Origin: Candidatus Micrarchaeia archaeon
GTDB taxonomy: Archaea; Micrarchaeota; Micrarchaeia; Anstonellales; VGKX01
Direction: 5' to 3'
DNA length: 64,000 nt
Assembly (NCBI GenBank): GCA_041650395.1
Contig: JBAZLG010000003.1
Coordinates: forward strand, 310,917 to 374,916
Each line of letters starts with the position of its first letter. The stretch's first letter is position 1. Under the pieces are notes generated by a model. That model was given only the letters and a program-made list of their open reading frames with translations, had not been told where the DNA came from and searched no databases. Below, piece by piece: positions 28,607 through 38,493 of this stretch. The position numbers and the translations under genes were made by a program.

Positions 28607-29692
28607 TCAGGAATTCTCAGTCTCAAAGTCAAGCGAGCTTATGGCTGCGACCTGGCCAGAAGGGAGGTACATGCTCACAGGCGAGAAAGTGATTGAGTTG
28701 CCTTCGTGCTTCCTCGAGCCTATGTTGAGGTGGATTGAGCGCGGCTCCGCGCCCTCGTAGGACACTTCGAACTGCGCCACGACGACGCCGTCCGAGCCGC
28801 CCATTATCTCCGAGATGGTCTCCCTGACGAACGTGCTCTCGAACATGTCCAATAGAGCGTGGCGCGCGTTCTCGTCGACCTTGAATGATTTCCTTATCCC
28901 GTTATGCGTGGATTTCAATGTCACGTGCTTGCGGTCTATGAGGACCTTGCCCGCCACGAGCTGGATAAGGGACTTGACAAGCGCCACCTTGAACTTCTCA
29001 AACGAGCCTGCGGACGGCAAAAGCCCGGCTGGCGCGGACGGGGCGAGCATGGGCGGGGCTGGCTCGGGCATTGACTCCACAAGCCCTGAAATCTGTTTTA
29101 TGTTCTTCCTGATTTTGTCAAAATTCGAAAGCGCCTTTTCCGACTCGCCAAGCGAGGACGGCTGGGAATACAGCTTGCGCCTGATTTCCGAGAACTCGGC
29201 TGAAAGCGCTGCGAGCCTGCGCGAATTCTCCGACAGCTCCTCTTCCGACAACTGCCCGCCGTTTGATATCGCCTGGACAGAGGAATCGTTTATCAGGCCC
29301 TCAAGCTCCACCATGTTGCCAGCGAAATCCGCGCTAAGGTCGGAGGCGTTCTGGTGCATGTCCATTGCGTAAAGGTTTTCCGAAAGTGCCTTTGACGCGT
29401 CGACTATCCTGTTATAGGACTCGACAACCTGTTCCTTTTCCTGCGACTGGCCGGAGGGCCTTTTGAGCACGTCGGCTATGGCATTTGACAGGGAAAGGAG
29501 GAAAAGCGAGTCCTCATATACGCGCTGGGGCGAGACAGTGCCAGCCATGGCAAGGTTGTGCATGAGATGGGACTTCAATGATGCGTGGCTTGAATGCAGG
29601 TCGGCAATCCTTTGCCAGTATTCAGGTTCGCTAAGGGTGCGCGGCTTGCTGGACGCATGCCCCCGGCTGGCCTTTTTTCTGCTCTTTGACAT
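28607..29692 (-). CDS. Hypothetical protein (helical/coiled-coil N-domain, Pro/Ala linker, mixed C-domain)
   Basis: Long ORF with host-like codon usage; likely start MSKSRKK at 29692. Confidence 0.7.
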   Translation of the reverse strand: MSKSRKKASRGHASSKPRTLSEPEYWQRIADLHSSHASLKSHLMHNLAMAGTVSPQRVYEDSLFLLSLSNAIADVLKRPSGQSQEKEQVVESYNRIVDASKALSENLYAMDMHQNASDLSADFAGNMVELEGLINDSSVQAISNGGQLSEEELSENSRRLAALSAEFSEIRRKLYSQPSSLGESEKALSNFDKIRKNIKQISGLVESMPEPAPPMLAPSAPAGLLPSAGSFEKFKVALVKSLIQLVAGKVLIDRKHVTLKSTHNGIRKSFKVDENARHALLDMFESTFVRETISEIMGGSDGVVVAQFEVSYEGAEPRSIHLNIGSRKHEGNSITFSPVSMYLPSGQVAAISSLDFETENS

Positions 29693-29827
29693 CTTGACCA
29701 CGGCTTGATTTAATGTAATGAACCTGTTAATAAACCTTGACATAAAACAAGGCGGAAAACAGGGCAGAAACAAAGTGCAAATCCCGCGTCCATTGGCAGG
29801 GCATGCCCGCGCAAGGCAGGAAAAACA

Positions 29828-31417
29828 TCATTTCGCCCCAAGCGTGAATATGCCCGCGCTTGTAGATTTGTTCCTTTCAAGCTCCCCCGCAAGCTGGGAC
29901 ACTATGGATTCCTTGACTGCCAGGTACTTGTCCCTTGGCATTGCGAGATTGCCTATCGCGTGGCGAAGCCCCTTGGAATTGAAGCAGAACATGCTATCAG
30001 ACAGCGCTTCCGAATTGTGGCAGAAATACGAGTCCGAGCACTTGGCGCACGAGTCAAGCTCGAAACACCTGTTGAGGTGCTGGGAATTGTAGCATTTCAG
30101 CGCGAACTGGGATTCGAGGACCCTGTAACAGCCATAGGCGTATTTTGAATTCAGGGCAAAGGAGCATAGCCCGATGTTTTCCGCATATACCGCGTCGTGC
30201 CCCTTGTAGGCATTGACCACATTGAACGCGTGCGGGAATGATACGAGCCCGGAATTCTGCCCGTCTGCAAGTTCAGGTGTAAAATAGGCTATTTCAGGCA
30301 GGGCACTGATTGCGGATGCGAGGTCCTCTATCTTGGCGCTTGCCGGGATTTTCCCAAGAGCCAGGGACTCGCGCATGGAGACCGTCCTTTTCACGGGGTA
30401 TTCCCTGAAAAAGGGGAGGGTCGATGGAAGCCAGGTGGCATCTCCAAACGCAGAGCGGACTGGCGACATGCCGACGCTTCCTTGCGAGAGCCACTCCCCG
30501 TATTCCCTTATGCCCGCCGGCTTCCTGCCAAAAAGCATGGAATAAGTGGCTGAAAAGCCCTTCTCGACCTGGCTTATGTCGGTACAAGCCTGCTGCGCCG
30601 GAAGGCCCAGGCCTGCACGCCCGGGCGGTTCCGAATCGCCTGCAAGTTCCAGCAAAGACGGGAACTCCCCGTCCCTTTCAAGCGCATCCGCCGCCTCGCC
30701 GAGTATTTTGGATTTTATGGCGAGATATTTGTCGCGGGGCAGCTGGAGGTTTCCGACGCAATACGCCCTGTTCCTCTGCCCGAAGCAAAAGAGCATGTCA
30801 TGGGAATTCAGCACATTGTGCGAGAAATAACAGTCGCTTGCCATGCCCACTATGGAACATTCAAAAGAGCGCTTCTGCCCGAAAGAGTCGAAAACGCGCA
30901 CGAGGAACTCGCCGGCGCCAAGCATGCCGGAGCCGAATATGTTCCTGCTGCCCTTCCTTACCATGAAGGAGGACGCGACGCACCGGGATTCCTCCACATT
31001 GCCGGAATTCATGACGTTTTGCGAGTCCAGGACAATGTCCGAGTCAATCACGCCCGAACTTGAGCCGAGATGCCTGTTGCCCGCGTATGCGGCCTGCCCG
31101 CGCATGCCCTCAAGTATAGAATCGAGGTCCTTGACCTGGTTTATGCCAAGTGAAAATGGCTTGTTGATTTCAACCTCTTCAGCGGAGACAAAGCGCGAGC
31201 CGCCAGCATAGCAGTCCATGGCAAGGGACACGCTCCTGCCCGAAACACATGATTTCCTCCTGGCGCGTGCGGGCATTGAGCGCGAAAGCCATGCCTCGTA
31301 TTTCCCGAGCGGGCCTATGCTCCTGCCAAAAATTATCCTGCATGTGGAATCCCATGCCGCCTCAACGGCGGCGCCCGCGCCCGCATCCCCGGGCGCCCGG
31401 ATTGTCTTGGTTGCCAT
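29828..31417 (-). CDS. Hypothetical protein with duplicated Cys/Ser-rich solenoid-like domain
   Basis: Two homologous halves, each with F...IFG.....Y..WL and ending CY/SYF.HN....SD..FCF..(R/K)...(V/I)GNL.(L/M)PRDKYLA(I/V)K. Confidence 0.8.
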   Translation of the reverse strand: MATKTIRAPGDAGAGAAVEAAWDSTCRIIFGRSIGPLGKYEAWLSRSMPARARRKSCVSGRSVSLAMDCYAGGSRFVSAEEVEINKPFSLGINQVKDLDSILEGMRGQAAYAGNRHLGSSSGVIDSDIVLDSQNVMNSGNVEESRCVASSFMVRKGSRNIFGSGMLGAGEFLVRVFDSFGQKRSFECSIVGMASDCYFSHNVLNSHDMLFCFGQRNRAYCVGNLQLPRDKYLAIKSKILGEAADALERDGEFPSLLELAGDSEPPGRAGLGLPAQQACTDISQVEKGFSATYSMLFGRKPAGIREYGEWLSQGSVGMSPVRSAFGDATWLPSTLPFFREYPVKRTVSMRESLALGKIPASAKIEDLASAISALPEIAYFTPELADGQNSGLVSFPHAFNVVNAYKGHDAVYAENIGLCSFALNSKYAYGCYRVLESQFALKCYNSQHLNRCFELDSCAKCSDSYFCHNSEALSDSMFCFNSKGLRHAIGNLAMPRDKYLAVKESIVSQLAGELERNKSTSAGIFTLGAK

Positions 31418-31512
31418 GCTTGTTTGGGGCTTTCAGGAAATATTAAAATTCACATATAAAAATTGCACAAATAGAGAAAATATTATAAAGAATTGATAAT
31501 ATAAGCAATAAT

Positions 31513-32502
31513 ATGGCAGGAAGTCAGGATGGCAGGCAGGGGCTGGACGCCCTGGACCGCAAAATCATGTACGAGCTCGACCTTAACGCCAGGGCAAGCG
31601 CGTCCGCGCTTGCAAAACGCCTGCGCAGGAGCAAGGAGACCATTAATTTCAGGCTCAACAGGCTTGTCAGGCAGGGCTGGATAAAGGGGTTCTACACGGT
31701 ATTCAACACCTCTGCGCTTGGGCTCTTCTACGTCAAGGCATACCTGAAATTCAAGGACGCGGCGCCGAAAAAGGAATCCGAGATTTTCTCATACATGTCG
31801 GGGCAAAGCCATGTGGCATACCTTGCAAGCCTAGAAGGGCGCTACGACGCCGTGGCGCTTGTGATGGTCAGAAGCATGGCGCAGGCAGACGGTTTTTTCT
31901 CCGCGTTCATGAAAAGGTACGGGGCATATGTGCAGGAAAAGGACGTGTGCGTGTTCCTCGCCACGCACAGGTTAAACCAGAAATTCCTCTACGCCGGGGG
32001 GAAAAGCGCGGACTGGACATACCCATACGAGCTTGGCGGCAAGAGGCTTGACAAGGAAGACATGGGGATACTTGAAAGCATCCAGTCAAACGCCAGGCTG
32101 CCCATAATCGGGATTGCAAAGGCCGCGGGCATAACCCCCGCCTCGGCAAAGTACAGGCTGAAAAGGCTTGAGAAAGAGGGGATAATACTCGCGTACGTCA
32201 CGTCGCCTAATTTCGACATGCTCGGATTGCAGTTCGCGCAGATAAACATCTCTCTTAACGACCCGAGCGCGAGAAAAGAGATAATGGCGTATTTCGATTC
32301 AACCAACAAGTGCCTCTTCGCGATTGAAATGCTTGGGAAATACGACGTGCTTGCCGAAGTCCACGTGCAAAGCCAGCAGGAATTGAGGGAAATAATAGCC
32401 AAATTCAAGGAGAGGTTCGTGGGCAAGTATAATGACTACGACGTCTCCACAATCACGAAGGAATACGTCGTCGTCTGGGGCCCCGTCGGGGAGAAGAAAT
32501 AG
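31513..32502 (+). CDS. Tandem (double) Lrp/AsnC-family transcriptional regulator
   Basis: Two HTH+RAM units: LDALDRKIMYELDLNAR...RLNRL..QG.IKGF and LDKEDMGILESIQSNAR...RLKRLEKEGII, each followed by G.YD. Confidence 0.88.
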   Translation: MAGSQDGRQGLDALDRKIMYELDLNARASASALAKRLRRSKETINFRLNRLVRQGWIKGFYTVFNTSALGLFYVKAYLKFKDAAPKKESEIFSYMSGQSHVAYLASLEGRYDAVALVMVRSMAQADGFFSAFMKRYGAYVQEKDVCVFLATHRLNQKFLYAGGKSADWTYPYELGGKRLDKEDMGILESIQSNARLPIIGIAKAAGITPASAKYRLKRLEKEGIILAYVTSPNFDMLGLQFAQINISLNDPSARKEIMAYFDSTNKCLFAIEMLGKYDVLAEVHVQSQQELREIIAKFKERFVGKYNDYDVSTITKEYVVVWGPVGEKK

Positions 32503-32591
32503 TAAGGAACACGCATGCGGGAAAGCATGGAAAGGCTTGGAACAGCCAAGCCGCATGCATTGCCTGTGAAGGCGGGCGCCTGCTGGAACGC

Positions 32592-34019
32592 TTAGCCTTT
32601 GACTACGCCCATCGGCACAAGCCTTGCCACAATGTCTGAAATGCCTGCGGCCTTAACAGAATCAACCACCATGTCAACGTCCTTGTACGCGCCGGGGGCC
32701 TCCTCGGCTATCAGGCGCGGCTCTGTGGCGCGCACGATTATGCCGCGCTTTTTCAAGTCGCCTGCTATGTCCATGCCGCCCATCTTCTCTATGGCGGATT
32801 TCCTGGACATTGCCCTGCCTGCCCCGTGGCATGAGGAGCCGAAAGCCTGCTCCATGCCCGCCTGCTTGCCAACAAGGACATAGGACGCCGTGCCCATGGA
32901 ACCCGGGATTATGACAGGCTGGCCTGTGTTCCTGTACATGGAAGGAATCTCCTTCCTGCCAGCCGCAAACGCGCGCGTGGCGCCCTTGCGGTGCACGCAT
33001 ACCTGCCTGTTCTTCCCGTCTACCTTATGTGTCTCGAACTTTGCCACGTTATGGCACACGTCATAGACGACTGACATGCTGTCGCCCGTGCCGCCTCCAA
33101 AAACTGAATCGAACGTCTCCCTGACCCAATGGGTCATTACCTGCCTGTTGCAAAACGCGAAATTGACTGCGCACTTCATCGCCTTGAAATAATCGGACGC
33201 CTCCCTCGAATCAAGGGGAGCGCAGCAAAGTTCCCTGTCAGGCAGCTCTATCCTGTATTTTTCCGAGGCGCGAAGCATCACGCGAAGCGAGTCGTCGCAT
33301 ACCTGGTGGCCAAACCCGCGCGAGCCTGTGTGTATGAGTATTGTGGCCTCGCCTTCCACAAGCCCGAATTTCTTCGCCGCAGGGCTGTTTTCGATTTTCT
33401 GGATTTCCTGGACCTCCAGGAAATGGTTGCCCGCGCCAAGCGTGCCGAACTGCGGCATGCCGCGCTTTTTCGCCATGTCGGAAACAGCAAGCGGGTCGGC
33501 CCCGTCCATCCTGCCGTTCTCCTCGCAGGCGTCGAGGTCCTCCTTCCTGCCCATGCCGCTTCTCACGGCGTATTCCGCGCCATTGGCCAGCGCGTCCGCA
33601 AACTCGCCGGGCTGGAGCCGGAGCCTGCCTTTCACGCCCACGCCGCTTGGCACGTTCCTGAACAGGAGTTCCACGAGTTCGGGGAGCTTCTCGCGGACCA
33701 TCTTGGCGGGCATGCCCGTCCTTATCAGGCGCACGCCGCAGTTTATGTCATAGCCCACGCCGCCCGGGGATACCACGCCGCCCTCCTCCGGGTCAAACGC
33801 GGCGACCCCGCCAATAGGGAACCCGTAACCCTCGTGCCCGTCGGGCATAAGTATCGCGTTTGAGACAATGCCTGGGAGCTTTGCGACGTTTTTGAGCTGG
33901 TTGAAAGTCCTGTCCCTGCCCATGGTCGCCATGAGCTTTTCAGTGGCAAAGACTATCGCAGGCACGTTCATCCCGCCCTCTTGCGGGATTTGCCATACTG
34001 CCTCGGAAAGACGGTTCAT
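32592..34019 (-). CDS. rtcB: RNA-splicing ligase RtcB
   Basis: MPDGHEGYGFPIGGV, GVGYDINCGVR, GTLGAGNHFLEVQ, HTGSRGFGH, VHRKGAT, PGSMG, HGAGR, EEAPGAYKD; no intein. Confidence 0.97.
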   Translation of the reverse strand: MNRLSEAVWQIPQEGGMNVPAIVFATEKLMATMGRDRTFNQLKNVAKLPGIVSNAILMPDGHEGYGFPIGGVAAFDPEEGGVVSPGGVGYDINCGVRLIRTGMPAKMVREKLPELVELLFRNVPSGVGVKGRLRLQPGEFADALANGAEYAVRSGMGRKEDLDACEENGRMDGADPLAVSDMAKKRGMPQFGTLGAGNHFLEVQEIQKIENSPAAKKFGLVEGEATILIHTGSRGFGHQVCDDSLRVMLRASEKYRIELPDRELCCAPLDSREASDYFKAMKCAVNFAFCNRQVMTHWVRETFDSVFGGGTGDSMSVVYDVCHNVAKFETHKVDGKNRQVCVHRKGATRAFAAGRKEIPSMYRNTGQPVIIPGSMGTASYVLVGKQAGMEQAFGSSCHGAGRAMSRKSAIEKMGGMDIAGDLKKRGIIVRATEPRLIAEEAPGAYKDVDMVVDSVKAAGISDIVARLVPMGVVKG

Positions 34020-34100
34020 TGAAATCACCGGTAAGAATGATAATCAGGGAAATAGTATGAAGCAAGGACATTTTTAAAGGCAGGGATAAATTATCAATAT

Positions 34101-35366
34101 ATGTCAAGAAAATTATGGATTGGAAGTTTCGCGCGCACCAGCGTCAGGATGGGCGAGTCGCCGTCAAAATCCCAGCAGGAGACCCATGGGAAGGGGCCGG
34201 GCAGGAGAGACAGGCGCGCCGACAGGCAGCGCGGGCAATCGGAATCCCAGAAAAACGACAGGCAGGGCCGCAGGGGCGGCTACGGCGGCGCCCAGTACCA
34301 GCGCAGGGACGAGAGGCGCGGGCAGGGCGATGATACGGGCCGCGCATTCCAGTCAAGGGAGCAGAGGAAGTCCTATTACAGGGAAGCCATACTCGCAATC
34401 GACGTAGGGGGGACGAAGTCCCACGCAATACTCGAAGTCAACGGGAAGATAGTCGGCGAGCTTAGGGTCGGCACGCCGAAGAAAAACCACAAGCTTCTCG
34501 TGGACGCGATAACCACACTTGCCCAAAGGGTCGGAGCGCGCGATGTGAGCGCTATAGGCCTTTGCATGCCGGGCTTTGTCGAAGACGGGGTAGTGCACGG
34601 GCTGCCAAACATCGGGATAACCGGCAAGATAGAGATTGGCAAGGAAGTGTCAAAACGCCTCGGCGCGCCGGTGGTGGTTGAAAACGATTCAAAGGCATTC
34701 GCAATAGCCGAATACGCTGCGGGCGCAGGCAAGGGCGCAAACCCTCTCCTCGGCATAACTTTTGGAACCGGGGTCGGCGGCGGGGCGGTGATAAACGGCG
34801 AGATGTACACCGGAGCCAAAAACATGTCTTGCGAGTTCGGGCACGTGAAGGTCGCAGCCGAAGGCGAGGCCTGCGGATGCGGCGGCACCGGGTGCCTTGA
34901 AACCTTCTGTTCGGGAAAGGCAATAGAGCGCGAATACAGGAAACGCCTCGAAGCCGCGGGCGGGAAGCCGGGGGAGGACCATGACAGGCCCCACCAGCTC
35001 GATGCGCACATAATATCCCAGACAGCCTCCGCAAAGGAGATACTTGAGAACAATGACGACAAGATTGCCATCGAGGTTTGCAGGCGCGCGGCATGGTTTG
35101 CCGGCAGGGGCGCGGGGAGCATGGCGAACGCATTCAACCCGCAAAAAATAGTCATAGGCGGCTCCGTGGCGCCGCATTACCTGGAGAAATACGCGGCGGA
35201 TTTCAGGGAAGGCTTCCTGTCTGCGGCCATCGGGCCGTTGCAGGGCACGCCCGTGTCTCTGGCGAAATTCGAGAACCCGAGCCTGGAAGGCGCGCTGATA
35301 CTCGCAAAGGCATACTTGAGCGCGCAAAAAGGTATGCGGCAGCAGGGCAAGGGCGCCAGGCGCTGA
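34101..35366 (+). CDS. ROK-family sugar kinase (glucokinase-like) with Arg/Gly-rich N-terminal extension
   Basis: IDVGGTK, PG, ENDSKA..AE, GTGVGGG, EFGH...CGCGGTGCLE Zn motif. Confidence 0.9.
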   Translation: MSRKLWIGSFARTSVRMGESPSKSQQETHGKGPGRRDRRADRQRGQSESQKNDRQGRRGGYGGAQYQRRDERRGQGDDTGRAFQSREQRKSYYREAILAIDVGGTKSHAILEVNGKIVGELRVGTPKKNHKLLVDAITTLAQRVGARDVSAIGLCMPGFVEDGVVHGLPNIGITGKIEIGKEVSKRLGAPVVVENDSKAFAIAEYAAGAGKGANPLLGITFGTGVGGGAVINGEMYTGAKNMSCEFGHVKVAAEGEACGCGGTGCLETFCSGKAIEREYRKRLEAAGGKPGEDHDRPHQLDAHIISQTASAKEILENNDDKIAIEVCRRAAWFAGRGAGSMANAFNPQKIVIGGSVAPHYLEKYAADFREGFLSAAIGPLQGTPVSLAKFENPSLEGALILAKAYLSAQKGMRQQGKGARR

Positions 35367-35379
35367 CTTCTTTTGCAGT

Positions 35380-36708
35380 TCATGCCTGCTGGCCGGGCAT
35401 TTTCCCGGACAGGATATTCCGTGTCGCTGACTTGTAAAGCTCCACGTTGGGCTGGTCGTAAGGGTTGACGCCGAGCAGGTGGCAGAGAAGCACGACTTCT
35501 ATCATCTCAAACTGCATGATATAGCCAAGCGAGCTTGTGCTCTTTGATTTCAGCCTGACGTCCATGAACGGGATTGACAGGTCTGAAAACGTCCCCTTGA
35601 CGCCGCCAAGTATTGCGTCAAGTATTTCCTGCGTGTCCTTGCCCTGGATGTGGTTGACCAGGGAATCGTACTGGGGCATCTGCGGCACCTGGATGTGCCT
35701 GCCCGCAGGGTCGTAGGACACGAGCCTGAAATAAATGTTCCTCGAGCCTGCCAGGTAGAGCTGCGCCACCGAGTGCAGGTCCGTGGTGCCGATGGACACT
35801 GTAGGGAGTATGCCCGTGTTGACGCGGGCTGATTCGTCTATGTTCCACTCCTTGCCAGAACTCTCCGCGAGGAGCTGGCGGTACCACTTGCCCAAAGCTT
35901 CCATTTCCGGGGAAAATATGAACTGGTCGAAGACCTGCCTGCCCGACATGTAATGCCCGTAGAGTATGCTGGCGCTTTTTGCAGCAGGCGATTCCGAAAC
36001 ATCGCATTCAAGGCATGCAGAATTGGCCTTTCGCGCCCCTGCGAGCACAGACTTGACGTCCGCTCCGACTAAAGCCAGCGGGACAAGCCCGACAGTCGTG
36101 AATACCGAATACCTGCCGCCTATCTCGTGGGGGGAATGTATCGCCTCAATGCCGAATTCCGCGGCGACCCTCTCAAAGGGCGAGCCCTGGTCTGTTATGA
36201 TTGCCATGCTGTCCTTCACGTCCGCGCCAGCGGAGAGCAGGGTCTCGTGCAATATCTCAAAATTGGCCACAGTCTCCGTAGTCTTGCCGGACTTTGAAAT
36301 GCCAAGGACCATGACCTTCTTGCCTTCCCTGACCCTCGATTCCACAACCGAGAGTATGGCCCTTAGGGATTCCGGGTCGCAGCTTTCGGCAAAGAGCACC
36401 TGCTTGTCGCTTGTCAGGTTGCCGTACTTGCCTGTGAGCGAGCGTATGATTGCCTTTGCGCCAAGGTTGGAACCGCCTATGCCCGCGACCACTATGGTGT
36501 CCTTGTCGGCATGGCGCGAGGCGAAGGATAGCGCCGAGTCCGAGAACTCATGCGCAGCCGGAAGCGCGGAGAACAGGTCCCCCTGCATGGCTGCGGCGCC
36601 GGACATGGCGGATTTGAGTTCCTCGTGCCTGCGGCCAAGCCTGGACAGGCCGGATTCGATCTTGTCAGGGTGCATGCATACGTGGGAAAAGTCAATTTGT
36701 ACGCCCAT
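35380..36708 (-). CDS. pgi: Glucose-6-phosphate isomerase (PGI family)
   Basis: GIGGSNLG, ISKSG.TTET, IGGRYSV, WYRQLLAESSGK, DLHSV.Q, VNPYDQP.VE.YK. Confidence 0.93.
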   Translation of the reverse strand: MGVQIDFSHVCMHPDKIESGLSRLGRRHEELKSAMSGAAAMQGDLFSALPAAHEFSDSALSFASRHADKDTIVVAGIGGSNLGAKAIIRSLTGKYGNLTSDKQVLFAESCDPESLRAILSVVESRVREGKKVMVLGISKSGKTTETVANFEILHETLLSAGADVKDSMAIITDQGSPFERVAAEFGIEAIHSPHEIGGRYSVFTTVGLVPLALVGADVKSVLAGARKANSACLECDVSESPAAKSASILYGHYMSGRQVFDQFIFSPEMEALGKWYRQLLAESSGKEWNIDESARVNTGILPTVSIGTTDLHSVAQLYLAGSRNIYFRLVSYDPAGRHIQVPQMPQYDSLVNHIQGKDTQEILDAILGGVKGTFSDLSIPFMDVRLKSKSTSSLGYIMQFEMIEVVLLCHLLGVNPYDQPNVELYKSATRNILSGKMPGQQA

Positions 36709-36777
36709 TTGTTATCCACATCTTGTGCTCTTGATGCACTTACATTTGATGCCTGACTTTATAAAGTATTTTTACGC

Positions 36778-36975
36778 ATGTCTGGCATGGTGGCTTACGT
36801 CAAGGTAATCTCCAACAGGAAGGAGAAGATAGTCAAGGATTACCCCAGCCCCAAGACCAAGAAGATCATTTTCCCAGTGAAAAAGAAGGATGATTTCATA
36901 ATCACGCCCTATGACTCTCGGCCAGAAGATTCAGGCATCAAGCCAGCCAAGGTCCACAAGAAAGGGAAGTTCTAG
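36778..36975 (+). CDS. Small lysine-rich hypothetical protein (65 aa)
   Basis: ORF divergent from pgi, behind TTTATAA; G/C-ending codons like real genes here. Confidence 0.55.
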   Translation: MSGMVAYVKVISNRKEKIVKDYPSPKTKKIIFPVKKKDDFIITPYDSRPEDSGIKPAKVHKKGKF

Positions 36976-37118
36976 ACTGCAGCCCCGAAACCCAGCATAA
37001 CAAGAGAGGGCTTTGGGATGTTTTCGTCAATGAGCGATGCGATATTAATATAAGCGGGAGCGTAGAAACAGATTCACATTCCAAGAGTGCCACTCATAGG
37101 TTTAGAGGTGTTATTGCA

Positions 37119-37409
37119 ATGGCAAAGATAGTATTCAAATCCCAGAACATGGAGATAGACGCTCCGGCAGGCTCGAACATAGCCGACGTGTGCGACTCGA
37201 ACAACGTCCCCTTCCCGTTCTCGTGCAGGTCGGGCGTGTGCACCACGTGCCTGTGCAATGTCCTTGAAGGCGCCGAACTCCTCAATGAAAAGGAGGACAA
37301 CGAGAAAATGACGCTTGAGGGCGCGGGCGCCAAGGAGAACCAGAGGCTTGGCTGCCAGGTCAAGGTGGTCAAGGAAGGCAGGGTAGTCCTTGAAAGCGTC
37401 GAATACTGA
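37119..37409 (+). CDS. [2Fe-2S] ferredoxin (plant/Fer2 type)
   Basis: PFSCRSGVCTTC...RLGCQ; GAGGTG ribosome-binding site. Confidence 0.93.
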   Translation: MAKIVFKSQNMEIDAPAGSNIADVCDSNNVPFPFSCRSGVCTTCLCNVLEGAELLNEKEDNEKMTLEGAGAKENQRLGCQVKVVKEGRVVLESVEY

Positions 37410-37437
37410 TTAGCAGGGGACCCGGGGCGCCAAAGCG

Positions 37438-38466
37438 ATGGACTTGACTATTGCAGGCTATCTTGCAGGGCTTGGGATTCTCTCCCTCATTGCCGGCAAG
37501 GCGCTTGGCCCCGTCCTCATAGCGATAATACAGCATTTCACCGCAAGGACCAAGACTACCCTTGACGACAGGATATTCAAGGAGATATCCGGCCCCATAC
37601 AGTCCTTTTTCTTCGTATTCGTCTTTGTCATGGGCACGCACTACCTAGGCGTGTTCAATGACGCGGCGCGGGTAATCGACGATTACACGACCTCAATCGC
37701 CATAATTCTTGTGACCTACCTCCTTGTCAACGTGGCAAAGGCGTTTTTCGAGTGGTACGAGGAGGAGGGCATAAAGGACAGCAGGATAAAGCTGGACGTC
37801 ACCTTCCTGCCCCTTGTGAGGAAGATAGCGCAGATATTCATCGCAATAATCGGCCTTGCAATGGCATTGGCGCAGGTGGGCTTTGACGTCACGGGCATAC
37901 TGGCGGTGACAAGCGTCGCAAGCGTAGTGGTCGGCCTTGCGGCGCAGGAGACGCTTGGCAACATTTTCGCTGGCATGGCCCTGCAGCTCGACAGGCCATA
38001 TTATTACGGCGACTACGTGAAGCTCTCTTCAGGAGAGCTTGTCAGGCTGAAAAAAATAGGCATCAGGACCACGAGGCTTGCCGACATGGCGGGAAACACC
38101 ATAGTGGCGACGAACTCCGAATTCGCGAAACAGCGCGTCACCAGGCTCACGAAGGGCGCGAAAATCGCCTCGCTTGCTGTCCCGTTCGAGGCGCCCTGCG
38201 AAATATCTCCTGAAAGCCTGGAAAAGAGGATAAGGGAGGGGCTGACGCTTGGCCGGTTCGGGATTGACGACATGGGTTCTGTGCGGATTTACGTATCCAA
38301 GGTCAAGGCGCTTGGCTGGTACGAGGCGAACCTCATAGTCCATACGAAGGAGCCAGAACAGCTCGCGCTGTTTGCCGATTACGCGAACAGGATTATTTTC
38401 GAAATGATGGAAAAGGCCAGGCAGGGAAGCGGCGCAGCCAAGGGAGCAGGAAGGAAGAAAAGATAA
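37438..38466 (+). CDS. Small-conductance mechanosensitive channel (MscS family)
   Basis: GLAAQETLGNIFAG..LQLDRPY..GDYV...IGIRTT; N-terminal TM helices. Confidence 0.92.
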   Translation: MDLTIAGYLAGLGILSLIAGKALGPVLIAIIQHFTARTKTTLDDRIFKEISGPIQSFFFVFVFVMGTHYLGVFNDAARVIDDYTTSIAIILVTYLLVNVAKAFFEWYEEEGIKDSRIKLDVTFLPLVRKIAQIFIAIIGLAMALAQVGFDVTGILAVTSVASVVVGLAAQETLGNIFAGMALQLDRPYYYGDYVKLSSGELVRLKKIGIRTTRLADMAGNTIVATNSEFAKQRVTRLTKGAKIASLAVPFEAPCEISPESLEKRIREGLTLGRFGIDDMGSVRIYVSKVKALGWYEANLIVHTKEPEQLALFADYANRIIFEMMEKARQGSGAAKGAGRKKR

Positions 38467-38493
38467 AAACAGGGAAATGCGGCAATCGGCCGC

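Noticed and set aside
32592..34019. Intein in RtcB
   Set aside because: Normal length (~475 aa) with contiguous motifs and no splicing or LAGLIDADG blocks.
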